Assembly: GCA_965207225.1 (NCBI GenBank)
Contig: CBDBLV010000002.1
Coordinates: 96,001 to 160,000, forward strand
Reading direction: 5' to 3'
From: Dehalococcoidia bacterium
Lineage (GTDB): Bacteria > Chloroflexota > Dehalococcoidia > Plut-88900
DNA: 64,000 bases
This document shows positions 8,876 through 17,950 of the stretch, piece after piece. Position 1 is the first letter of the stretch, and each line of letters begins with the position of its first letter. The notes under the pieces were generated by a model that was not told where the DNA came from, did no database searches, and worked only from the letters and a program-made list of their open reading frames with translations. A program made the translations under genes and the position numbers.

Positions 8876-11800
8876 TTACGTGTCCTCGCCCAGCGGGCAG
8901 ATAAAGTAGTGAGGACAACGGGGACAGATGCGGTCGCTAGGCTTGGGTGAGAAATCCTCGCGCAGGATGCCTTTGATGGCTTCGTTGTAACGGTCCAGGC
9001 GAGTCTTGATGGGTCCGGGTCGTGGGTCGACCGGGTCTACCTGATCGGCCGACAGGTAACGTACCTGTACGCGCCGTCGAACGCGTGGCTCAGCCTCCTG
9101 GGCCGCCGTCACGTACAGAGCATAGATGTCCTTTCCGACCTCGCTCTTCGTCGGACGACCGGTGCGGAGACGCTCAACGACCTCGGAGCCATCGCTGAGC
9201 ACCTCGACATGATCGGGCGTGAATCGAATCAGGCCATGTGGCACCGACACCTCCCACGTTGGCCTTGTTGCGGATCCTTGAGACGTGTATGGGCGTCTCG
9301 CAGCCATCTCTACCAGGTCAACGGCTGAGGCACGATACAACTCCTTGTACGGGTGCTCTTCCGGCCCTTGCTCCTGCCAGACTTCTGCCAGGTAAGCGAG
9401 CGCGGCCGTCTCATCTACAGGATTTCCAGAGGCGCGTTCCTCCGCCATCCAGCGCAACACACGATAGACGCAGCGGTGAAACTCGACGTACCCGGAATCC
9501 TCGCGTCTCCGATTCAACCCGAGGACGCTCTCGTAGAAGTACTGACGCGGGCAACGGATGTAGACATCTAGGTCTTCAGCGGCGAAGGGCTCGCTTGCCG
9601 GCGTGGGGTCTGCTACGAAGACCGGAGCAGTAGTCGTGGATGCCCAAGTGACGGGGCTCGACTGATCTCTGGGCAACAGGCCTGCCATCTTGTCGAGCAG
9701 ATCTGACGCATGGCTGTTCTGCGCTCCGTACCTGCGAACTCGCGAAAGACACAGGAAGTCTCTCGCACGGGATAGCCCGACGAAGAAGAGGCACTCCTCT
9801 TCTTCGTCGTGGTCATCACTGGCGGATACGATCATACCCTCGGGAGGAGGACAGGGCTGTGCCTGACGTCGGGCCGGGAACAGACCTTTGCCCAGAAACG
9901 GCAAGTAGACGGCCTGAAACTCCAGTCCCTTGCTCGCATGCACGGTCAGGAGTCGCACTGCATCGATGTCGTCCGCCCAGGTCGGCAGATGCCGGAGTTG
10001 CTTCTCGTCTCCGTATATCTCAAGTCGGCGCACGTATCGCAAGAGACGGAGCTTGGCGTCAGTCGCCTCCCCGGGAGCCGCCGGTCGCTGTTCGTGGACG
10101 AACTGGAGGAATTGATACAGCGCCAGCAAGCGTTGCTGCCCAGCCACGGACGGATCGCCCAAGAGGGTGTCCAGATAGCGGCTTCTCTCGAACAGGTAGT
10201 AGGTGAGCAGCGTCCAGGGTCCGACATGCCTCATCCCATCTACATGGCGTCCCAGCAGAGCGAGACCTTCTCGACCCTTTGGCGAGATGGTCGCTTCCGT
10301 CGCAGCCAGAGCCAATGCGCCCGGGAAAGGGACGTTCCATTCCTTTGCCAGTTCGAGCAGCGCGAGAACATCATCGAGCGGGATGTCGTACTCGGGAAAC
10401 CGCGCCAATCGAACTAGACCCCGCCCATCAGGTTCGCAGGCGAAGGACAAGAGGGATAGCATGTCTCGGATTTCCGGACGCTCGAAGAGGTCACCCAAGT
10501 AGAGAACCGGCACGCCTAAGCCTTCGAGTTCGGCTGCGACTCTGCCAAGGTTTGTATGGGAACGACAAAGAACGGCTTGCTGGCTGTAAGGGATGCCGGA
10601 GGCCCGCTGACGCTCAATCTCCGTAGCCATTCCGGCCGCCTCAGCAGCAAGGTCGTCGGCAACCTCCAACAAGACCCGCCCGCCAGAGTCTGGACGCTTC
10701 GGCTCCCAACGGACGAACCCTGGTCCGCCCTGGCTTGCCCGCATACCGGGTGCCAGCCCTGCGAAGACATCCACAATAGCTGGTTGGGACCTGTAGTTGT
10801 ATCTGAGAGACTTTAGCTTTGCCCCAGGAAAGTCCTCGCCGAATCGCCGCATATTGGCCGGGGCGGCGCCGCGGAACCGGTATATTGCCTGACGTGTATC
10901 CCCTACAACCCAAAGACCTGCGCCCGCACCGGCCAGCTCCTTAAGGAAAAGCCCGCTGGCACGGTTCACGTCCTGGTACTCATCGACCAGAACATGGCGA
11001 TAGGTGCTCCGCAGCGTGTCCCGCACATCGACGTGCGTCCTGAGGAGCGACACTGATTTGTAGATGAGATCCCCGAAGTCGAGTAGATGCTCCCGGTCAA
11101 GGACATCCTGATACTTCCTGTAGACGCGCGCAACCTCGACGGCTTTCTCGGCCGCCTCCGTCTCGTCAGGCGTCGTGGCCCGAGCAAGCATGTTCTCCCC
11201 AAGATCGGCATACTCTTGTGGCCCTACCAGCTCGTCCTTCGCCCGGGATATTGCCGACATGATGTCACGCAGGTAGAGAGCGGGGTCATACAAGTTCTGA
11301 TAGTGGTCCAGCTCCAAGTCTGAGACCATCCCCTCCAGCAGGGCGATAGAGTCGGACGGATCCAGCACGCCTACCCGGGCTGGGAGACCTACGTGAGCGC
11401 TGTACCTGCGCAGCAACTCCAGACCAAAGGCATGAAAGGTCCCGATCCAGATGCGGGGTGCATCATCAGGTCTGGCCTCTGCCACACGTGACCGCAGTTC
11501 CTCGGCCGCGCGGTTCGAGAACGTCAGCGCAAGGATCGATGTTGGAGGCACCCCTTGTTCAAGGAGAAACACGATCCGGCCCACCAAGGTGCGGGTCTTT
11601 CCGGTCCCCGGACCGGCTTCCAGGAGCAACGGCCCCCGCGGCGCGTGAGCAGCGTCCTGCTGGCTGGGGTCCATGGGACGTTCGTCCGTTCCGCCAGCAG
11701 ATACGCCAGCAGGACGGATTTCCGGCGTGAGCAGTGCCCGTGCCATCTGCTGTAGAACAAGCGACTCGGGAAGGCCCAGCCTCTCTGCTGTGTTGCTTGC

Positions 11801-12268
11801 GCTGGCCCTATCAGTCTCGTACCAGGCACGCAGGACGTCAGTCGGGAGCAAGAACTCCCGTGCAAAGACATTCGCCTCACGCTCTCTCAGTTCCTCCGGC
11901 CCATAACCCTCAACCCGATTTACGCCAACCGGCAAGGGTTCCTCAATGGCCTCGGGATCGAGGTTGAATTCTCGCTGGCTCTCCCGTTCGGGGTGCAACC
12001 ACAAGTGGGCATACTCGTGAGCATGATAGAAGCGAGCCAGCCTGGGTTCGACTTCGCGGTTGAACCACACCCTCTTCATGACGTGGTCGAGCGCCGCATC
12101 GGCGCCGTCCAGCAACGAGTCGCCGGCGGCCAGGGCGATTCTTTCGAAGCCAGTCAGCCGCTCTGCCGCAGCGAGCAGTGATTCAGCTGAGGGATCTCCC
12201 CCCGCTTCTCTAAGCGCTGCGGAGCGCTGCGTCCGTGCCAGCCTCCTTATTTCGTCCCAGTGGCTCAC
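8876..12268 (-). CDS. ImmA/IrrE metallopeptidase - UvrD/SF1A helicase - Fe-S PD-(D/E)XK-like fusion
   Basis: HEYAH..EREANVFAREFLLP; AGPGTGKT, DEYQD, VGD..QAIY.FRGA, TVHASKGLEF, SRAR; C-terminal CPR...CPRCPHYFIC. Confidence 0.92.
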   Translation of the reverse strand: MSHWDEIRRLARTQRSAALREAGGDPSAESLLAAAERLTGFERIALAAGDSLLDGADAALDHVMKRVWFNREVEPRLARFYHAHEYAHLWLHPERESQREFNLDPEAIEEPLPVGVNRVEGYGPEELREREANVFAREFLLPTDVLRAWYETDRASASNTAERLGLPESLVLQQMARALLTPEIRPAGVSAGGTDERPMDPSQQDAAHAPRGPLLLEAGPGTGKTRTLVGRIVFLLEQGVPPTSILALTFSNRAAEELRSRVAEARPDDAPRIWIGTFHAFGLELLRRYSAHVGLPARVGVLDPSDSIALLEGMVSDLELDHYQNLYDPALYLRDIMSAISRAKDELVGPQEYADLGENMLARATTPDETEAAEKAVEVARVYRKYQDVLDREHLLDFGDLIYKSVSLLRTHVDVRDTLRSTYRHVLVDEYQDVNRASGLFLKELAGAGAGLWVVGDTRQAIYRFRGAAPANMRRFGEDFPGAKLKSLRYNYRSQPAIVDVFAGLAPGMRASQGGPGFVRWEPKRPDSGGRVLLEVADDLAAEAAGMATEIERQRASGIPYSQQAVLCRSHTNLGRVAAELEGLGVPVLYLGDLFERPEIRDMLSLLSFACEPDGRGLVRLARFPEYDIPLDDVLALLELAKEWNVPFPGALALAATEATISPKGREGLALLGRHVDGMRHVGPWTLLTYYLFERSRYLDTLLGDPSVAGQQRLLALYQFLQFVHEQRPAAPGEATDAKLRLLRYVRRLEIYGDEKQLRHLPTWADDIDAVRLLTVHASKGLEFQAVYLPFLGKGLFPARRQAQPCPPPEGMIVSASDDHDEEEECLFFVGLSRARDFLCLSRVRRYGAQNSHASDLLDKMAGLLPRDQSSPVTWASTTTAPVFVADPTPASEPFAAEDLDVYIRCPRQYFYESVLGLNRRREDSGYVEFHRCVYRVLRWMAEERASGNPVDETAALAYLAEVWQEQGPEEHPYKELYRASAVDLVEMAARRPYTSQGSATRPTWEVSVPHGLIRFTPDHVEVLSDGSEVVERLRTGRPTKSEVGKDIYALYVTAAQEAEPRVRRRVQVRYLSADQVDPVDPRPGPIKTRLDRYNEAIKGILREDFSPKPSDRICPRCPHYFICPLGEDT

Positions 12269-12909
12269 GGTTCCCCCGTAGACCGTTCAAGCGCATACCA
12301 GTGTTCAGCATGCTCGGGACTGATTGTCGGGTCAGCGCGAACCGCGTCGAAGAAGTCCTCCTGCGCCATGAGCTTCGGTGCTTGCTCGGAGCGATGCTCG
12401 GTCCCAGCCGCCAGTATCGGGTCCTGCTGTAGGTAGGCCCTGATGTTCGTTGCCTCGCGTTCAACTGCTTGGGCAATGCGGTCAATCAGCTCTTCCGGGA
12501 TGGTGGCCCAGGCGATCAAGCGGCGGTCAAGCTTTCTGAGGAGGCTGTCCCCCAATCCAACATCATGCGCCAACCGGCGCGGCTCAAGACCCCGTGCTTG
12601 CCCTTCCGCTATCAGACTCTCAAAAGGCACCGCCGGATCTGAGGTAGACTCCGTCGATTGCCCGTGAAGTATGTTCTGGACAACACTCATGCCTCGAAGC
12701 ACCAGCGTTTCTTCGGTGACTTCCTCCGCGTTAGGTGCGGCAGGCAACCACGTCATCAGGCTCCAGCTGGCTGCGAACTCGATGATCTCTCGCTCGAACT
12801 CCGGGTAGCGCCGAGTCCATTCTTCAAGCGGGCTATTGGGGCCGACACCGGACGCCACGTAGGCATCGAGTACGTCCTCCAGGAATTCCTGGTCCATTGG
12901 TCTGTTCAT
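12265..12909 (-). CDS. Putative anti-sigma/HTH protein
   Basis: Helical N-domain (LEEWTRRYPEFEREI), HTH-like LAHDVGLGDSLLRKLD; 4-nt start/stop overlaps with both neighbours; function inferred. Confidence 0.65.
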   Translation of the reverse strand: MNRPMDQEFLEDVLDAYVASGVGPNSPLEEWTRRYPEFEREIIEFAASWSLMTWLPAAPNAEEVTEETLVLRGMSVVQNILHGQSTESTSDPAVPFESLIAEGQARGLEPRRLAHDVGLGDSLLRKLDRRLIAWATIPEELIDRIAQAVEREATNIRAYLQQDPILAAGTEHRSEQAPKLMAQEDFFDAVRADPTISPEHAEHWYALERSTGEP

Positions 12910-13712
12910 CTCTGTTCTCCTCGCCATGCCTCCAGAATCTCATCAGCTCTGGACAACCAGTTTCTGATCGTTCGAGGTGTCTTGCCGAAGTGTCGGCTGA
13001 TAGTCCGTACAGCCGGGTCCTTGTCTTCGATTGGCCAGTCTTCCAGGTGGCGGAGTAGGTATGCGGACCGGATGGGCTCCTCCAATTGATTCAGCGCCGC
13101 TTCAATCAAGACGTTGTCGATCGCCTCCGATGCGACGGAGCGACCACCTGAAGCAGCCGGCACCACCTCGGCGCCCTGCTGAGTTAGTTCGTCGATGGCC
13201 ACTTGGTCGTAGTCACCGCTGGACTCAGTGTCAAACTGTTTGATTTGCTTCCGAAAGACATCCACCGTGATTCTCTCGATGACCGTCCAGAAGCGGACTT
13301 GAAGAAAGTCCCCGCGGTCGCTATCCAGGTCCAGTATCCGGGTGAATACCTCCGCGACGACTGCTGCGTTCCCATCTTCCCTCAGATCCGTTCTCAAGCC
13401 GCTCAACTTACCGTTTATCCAGGTCGCACAACGCTTCAGCAGGCACTCGGTGAGGTCGTTGACGCATTTTCGATTTCCCACTGCGTGGTGGTGCCGTATC
13501 AGATAAACCAGCGACTCCTCCTTCAGAAATACGGGCGACTCTTCGTCACGAACTATCAGTCGGCTTCGAAGCTCTTCGTCGTTCAGTCCGAGGGCCCCTT
13601 CGATCTGCCTGTCCACAACCGCCAGGCGCTGGTAAAGCTGACCATGCGCGTTGCGGTGTGTCAGTGGCTGCGGCAGGCAGGATTCAACCTGCCGTGAGGT
13701 TTCATGCTCCAT
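12906..13712 (-). CDS. ECF-like RNA polymerase sigma factor with N-terminal extension
   Basis: Region 2-like (..RFWTVIERITVDVFRK) and region 4 (ALNQLEEPIRSAYLLRH..ISRHFGKTPRTIRNWLSRA). Confidence 0.8.
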   Translation of the reverse strand: MEHETSRQVESCLPQPLTHRNAHGQLYQRLAVVDRQIEGALGLNDEELRSRLIVRDEESPVFLKEESLVYLIRHHHAVGNRKCVNDLTECLLKRCATWINGKLSGLRTDLREDGNAAVVAEVFTRILDLDSDRGDFLQVRFWTVIERITVDVFRKQIKQFDTESSGDYDQVAIDELTQQGAEVVPAASGGRSVASEAIDNVLIEAALNQLEEPIRSAYLLRHLEDWPIEDKDPAVRTISRHFGKTPRTIRNWLSRADEILEAWRGEQR

Positions 13713-13767
13713 CTATGGCCTCATGTACGAGTCTCATGTTCAACCGCTCCAACTCACCTGACTTCCT

Positions 13768-13795
13768 AATCGTGTGTGACCCCGCAGACCGGAAA
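13768..13795 (-). promoter_or_regulatory. Candidate autoregulatory sigma promoter TTTCCGGTCTG-N12-CGATT
   Basis: Second copy of the motif found upstream of bilA; ends about 56 nt before the sigma start. Confidence 0.7.
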
Positions 13796-13922
13796 GTATG
13801 ACTCTGCGGTCGACAGCAATCTGGACGCCCACCCCCCTGGTTTGAATGGGTCCATCGCCGGGTCTTCCGACCTATCGTTTGCGCCTTCCTCCTTGTCGTC
13901 CCTACGTCTGTATCTGCATTGC

Positions 13923-14756
13923 TCACTCCTGCTGGCTGGTCACCTCCAGCAGATCCTGGCTGAGAGCAACGCTCGATGCGGCGATGAAATCGGAGTCCTC
14001 CGTAGCCGGAACGGCCCTGACAACCAACTGGGTGCCCATGTCGGTCGGTGTGCTGAACAGGCGCTGAAACATCGACAATGCCTCAAAGGTCACCGCGCTC
14101 GAGATCTCGTGCGCCTGCAGGAGTCTGAACTCCTCTGCCATCTCGGCAGTGTCAATGGTGCGAAGGAGCCGGTAGATATCAAAGGCGTCCTTGGGGAGTT
14201 GGTCCCGGCGGCGGATATCGTCGTCCTGGAGACGTTCCCCGATCTTGTGTACCTTCGCCACCAGCAGCGCGGCCGGGCTTGCTACTTTTAGCAGGCATGA
14301 GCGGTCCGAACCTGGAACCAGAGAGCTGACCCTCCTGCGACTATGGCCAACAAGAGCACCCTCGAGTCCATGAACCTTCATGGCCGCCCTGTTCCCATGG
14401 ACGCCAAGCCGGGCGGCCCTGCGGCCAGGCCCGCCCACAGCCTGCGGCACCAGCAGGTCGACCTGCGCCCCACCAGCTCTCCTGTACAGTCCGGGTTGGT
14501 CAGACAGCCGGAATCCTGCGAGGCCCATGGCGTCGCCTAAGGCAGGGCTATCCCTCAGCAGGTCTGGATCAAGCGCGAGGTCTGCGTCATAGGTAAACCG
14601 GGCAACGCCGAAGCTGTCATCCTCGCCCTCTATCTGCACGTATATCGCCTGGGCGCCCACCAGAATGACCGCATCGCTGTGGGGTCCCAGCGCCTCGATG
14701 GCGTCGAGCAGCGTCTCGCGAGCATCTATGTAGTGTTGGTCATCGATAGTTTCCAT
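13923..14756 (-). CDS. AbiEii-like nucleotidyltransferase (type IV TA toxin-like)
   Basis: VILVGAQAI...TYDADL, VDLLVP, LLVAKVHK, KDAFDIYRLL. Confidence 0.8.
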   Translation of the reverse strand: METIDDQHYIDARETLLDAIEALGPHSDAVILVGAQAIYVQIEGEDDSFGVARFTYDADLALDPDLLRDSPALGDAMGLAGFRLSDQPGLYRRAGGAQVDLLVPQAVGGPGRRAARLGVHGNRAAMKVHGLEGALVGHSRRRVSSLVPGSDRSCLLKVASPAALLVAKVHKIGERLQDDDIRRRDQLPKDAFDIYRLLRTIDTAEMAEEFRLLQAHEISSAVTFEALSMFQRLFSTPTDMGTQLVVRAVPATEDSDFIAASSVALSQDLLEVTSQQE

Positions 14757-15862
14757 CTGTCCTCATTGTCCCGCATCCACTCCAAGAGGGCCTCCGCCTC
14801 GGTCGGTCCTCGCCCAGGCCCCTTCATGAGGTCGAGCAGGACCTGGGTCACGCGGGCGTAGGTGATGCCGTCGTCGCGTTCAGCGCGCTCGAACGCCACG
14901 GGGTCGAATGGGCGTACGAGGAGAACATTGCCTCCGGTATCTGCCGGGCGCAGTCCCAACAACCGCGCCGCAGTCTCCGGATCCTCAACGTAGAGTGACG
15001 CCAGGCGCGGCTCTGCAAACGGAGCCAGACGATACGCCGCAAAGGACCCGGTCACGGTGTATCGGAGTCCCGTTTCGCGAAGTCGGGCGAACAGCGCCCC
15101 CGTTCCCCTAGGTTCAAGCCACGATGTGAGGGTGTTGGAGGCCGTGAAATCGTAGTCCATGGCCCATCTACGGGCCAGAGCCTCCCAGTCTACCGAGACG
15201 ATGCGTCCTCTTGGGCTCTCCTTGGCGACGATCTCGTCCGCCTCCAACAGGTTGCACACCCTCGATATCATGGCGGGGGAGCTTGCAGTCTCAGCAGCTA
15301 GCTCCCGGGTTCCGAAGGGGGTCCGATAGTCGAGGAGGCCCCTGACGACGCGGCCAGCGCGGCCTCCCTTCAGCGAGCGAAGGGGGCGCTCTTCTCTGAA
15401 CGGGTTCCTGTCCGCCCCCTGGGTCTCGATATACACTGCGGGACGTTCAATGGCGAATCTGATGTTGCCGGTCGAGTCGGCATAGCTGATGCCGGCCTCC
15501 GCAAGCCGTTCCCTCGTTAGGGGGCTCAGGTAGGTCGAAACGAGCATGAAGGCGGGATTGACGCTTGCTTGTCTGCTCCTCGGGTATGACAGCGCCTTCA
15601 GCTGGGACTCCACACTGCCGACGAGCCTGGGTTCCACCGGGTTCGCCTTGACCTCAACGATGATGTCGGACGAGAGTCCATCGGGGTCTCGGATTTCCCA
15701 GATGGCGTCGATTCCGCGGGCGGGGTCCCGCGGGGACCGTACAGCCTCACGCCCCTCGCGGTCGAGCAGGCGCCACCGCCGGGGCAGTCGCGTGCCTATG
15801 TCCTTAGCGGCCTCGTCTAGGAGTCGTGTTTCTGATATGTAGCTGTTGCGCAGCATGTGCAA
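14726..15862 (-). CDS. AbiEi-like antitoxin / transcriptional regulator
   Basis: N-terminal REase-like fold (DAIW..VEVK, GISYADSTGN), wHTH (TRELAAETASSPAMISRVCNLL), C-terminal VTQVLLDL..GPGRG.EAE. Confidence 0.78.
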   Translation of the reverse strand: MHMLRNSYISETRLLDEAAKDIGTRLPRRWRLLDREGREAVRSPRDPARGIDAIWEIRDPDGLSSDIIVEVKANPVEPRLVGSVESQLKALSYPRSRQASVNPAFMLVSTYLSPLTRERLAEAGISYADSTGNIRFAIERPAVYIETQGADRNPFREERPLRSLKGGRAGRVVRGLLDYRTPFGTRELAAETASSPAMISRVCNLLEADEIVAKESPRGRIVSVDWEALARRWAMDYDFTASNTLTSWLEPRGTGALFARLRETGLRYTVTGSFAAYRLAPFAEPRLASLYVEDPETAARLLGLRPADTGGNVLLVRPFDPVAFERAERDDGITYARVTQVLLDLMKGPGRGPTEAEALLEWMRDNEDRWKLSMTNTT

Positions 15863-16028
15863 CAGTATAAATTCTGCACCACTGAGTAGTCAAGAGCGAC
15901 TTGGCCACTTGATTCCAAGCATCCCTAGCGCCGCCGTACCCAACCGGTCACTCGTATGCGACTCCGCAACAACGGAAGTGACGATAGGACGCCGCCCCTG
16001 CATGAGAAGAGGGGCAAGACGCACGTGC

Positions 16029-16862
16029 CTACGATTCATTCCATAGGCGGGCGAGTGCCTGGATGAAGGCTCGGGCCTTGTCGATGGACCACTGGTCCCC
16101 GGATGAACCGAAGAGGTCGACCAGCTGGTTCTGGCACGTGAAATCGGCCAGTTCCGCCGTCCAGAGCCAGTTGACGACTTCGACGTAGGTTTCACGGAGG
16201 CTGCTTCTGAACAGGCCATTGGGGACGTTGTACAGGAGGCACTCCACAAAGTACGACGGTGCCGTGCCCTTGGCGAGTGCGTTGCTGTCAACGAGGTGAT
16301 TGCGCGCCGCCTTGAACATGCGGGTTGCCCGCTTGTACCTGCCGCTGGTGCCCCGCTCCTTCCTTGCTCCCTTGGAATGATGCTGCTGGGGATAACTCAC
16401 GGCCCAACGATGCTCGTCGGGGATGTAGAGTGCAATCCCGTTGCCACACTTCAGCGTCACGACAACGTCGGCCGCTGCCGGAATCGGACCTCCGGCGATC
16501 TTCAGGGATTTGCGGCCTGGAGTCACCGCTTGACCGAACCTGGCTCTGAGGGCGGCTAACACAAGCCGGCGGAACGACTGCCATCTTCCATATGCAAGCT
16601 CGTGAGACTCGCTGTTCTGGAGTTGCGGCCCGGTGAGTGCCGCCACCCTGGGCCTCAGACGCTCATCGAGTTGCACGACCAGGTCCACGTCGCTGTCCCT
16701 TCGCAGGTTCGTGTCATTCTTGTAAGAGCCCTGAAGAAACATCTCGTGCACCGGTAGACCCTGCCGAGCCAAGGCGTCACGGATTGCCGTGTGTGCCTGA
16801 ACGGATGCCGTCGCCGCGTGGTGATGGCTCCACTGTCCTAGTGTCGAATCCGGGATGGGCAA
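16029..16862 (-). CDS. cGAS/DncV-like nucleotidyltransferase (CD-NTase, CdnE-like)
   Basis: LQGSYKNDTNLRRDSDVDLV, ADVV, YPQQH..G..K, R.FK.AR, APSYFVECLLYNVP. Confidence 0.88.
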   Translation of the reverse strand: MPIPDSTLGQWSHHHAATASVQAHTAIRDALARQGLPVHEMFLQGSYKNDTNLRRDSDVDLVVQLDERLRPRVAALTGPQLQNSESHELAYGRWQSFRRLVLAALRARFGQAVTPGRKSLKIAGGPIPAAADVVVTLKCGNGIALYIPDEHRWAVSYPQQHHSKGARKERGTSGRYKRATRMFKAARNHLVDSNALAKGTAPSYFVECLLYNVPNGLFRSSLRETYVEVVNWLWTAELADFTCQNQLVDLFGSSGDQWSIDKARAFIQALARLWNES

Positions 16863-16874
16863 AGTGCGCTCTCC

Positions 16875-17945
16875 CTAGTGCTCAGGCCGCTGCGTCGAAG
16901 GGCCGCCTACATCGCCGTTAGGGACCGTTCCGATTCGGCTTGGGCTCTCGATGCCGTTGCCCGACGGGTCGCGTCTGTACCTGTTCCGTACCGTCTCGGC
17001 CGCCTGCGACAGCTGATCCAGCAGGCTCAGGACGATGGGATCGTTGGCTCCGACGTGGGGATTGAGCGGCTGCAGGCTCATCTCAACATGCACCTCCTGC
17101 GTGCCCACGGGAACCACGAATCTTGCGGCCTGGTCTTTCGCGCCCCTTATGGCGCTGAGGACGATCCTCCCCAAGTCTTGCTCTAGAGTTCCACGCATGG
17201 AGGCCATGGCATCCTGTTCGTCCATCACGCGCTGTTGTTTCATTACCTCCATTGCCTTGTCGCAGCCCCATGAGCATAGCTCCGCGAGAATCAGGTCTCC
17301 CGTTCTCGGAAACGTGGGGCCCTCCAGGTCGGGCGGAGAGCCTCGGAAGCTCGCAAAGACCAGCTTCCCGTCGTCATCCAGCATCATGTCGAGGTCGGAC
17401 CACGTTGAGTCGCCATCCACACTCCGTCTCGTCAACTCGTCCGCCACCTGCTCCATGAATTGCATCTGTCGTTTGGCGTCCGCCGGCAGGCTGGGGTCGA
17501 AGTCCCACCAAGGCCGGGACGGCCTGAGTCCGGGAATGAGGGACCGTCTGTGAGGGGCGAGAATCGTGAACAGCGGGATTCCCAACTCATCTGCCACTCG
17601 AAGGGAGTTGCTAGGACGGTTGGACCGCACGACCTCAATGAATGCCAGGGGCTTGCGGTGGGTGTCCAGGATGGTGAGGTCCGGACGGCACCGGCCGTTG
17701 ATCGGCGCGGACTGTTGCTGCTCCATCACTACGAAGCCGGCACCCCGCAGGAGATCGTAGCTGTGAGGGTGCATTCGTTCACAGGTCCACAGGATCTGCT
17801 GGGAAGGCTCGCGGTGCCTCCCGCGATGCGTGGGGGCGTGACTATCTCTACTCTCTCCGAACTCGCACGAGACACATCCGCTCAGCTTGCGGTCTAGGTG
17901 GTCGAAGAGGTCCTGCTTCCACCGTTCGTGCTGTTCCGACGGCAT
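16875..17945 (-). CDS. Hypothetical protein with PD-(D/E)XK/CoiA-like nuclease motif
   Basis: RPDLTILD..PLAFIEVVRSN; N-terminal CxxC; ends 12 nt before the CD-NTase. Confidence 0.6.
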   Translation of the reverse strand: MPSEQHERWKQDLFDHLDRKLSGCVSCEFGESRDSHAPTHRGRHREPSQQILWTCERMHPHSYDLLRGAGFVVMEQQQSAPINGRCRPDLTILDTHRKPLAFIEVVRSNRPSNSLRVADELGIPLFTILAPHRRSLIPGLRPSRPWWDFDPSLPADAKRQMQFMEQVADELTRRSVDGDSTWSDLDMMLDDDGKLVFASFRGSPPDLEGPTFPRTGDLILAELCSWGCDKAMEVMKQQRVMDEQDAMASMRGTLEQDLGRIVLSAIRGAKDQAARFVVPVGTQEVHVEMSLQPLNPHVGANDPIVLSLLDQLSQAAETVRNRYRRDPSGNGIESPSRIGTVPNGDVGGPSTQRPEH

Positions 17946-17950
17946 GATGT

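Noticed and set aside
13702-13926. 74-aa ORF between the AbiEii-like gene and sigma
   Set aside because: No protein features; overlaps the candidate promoter
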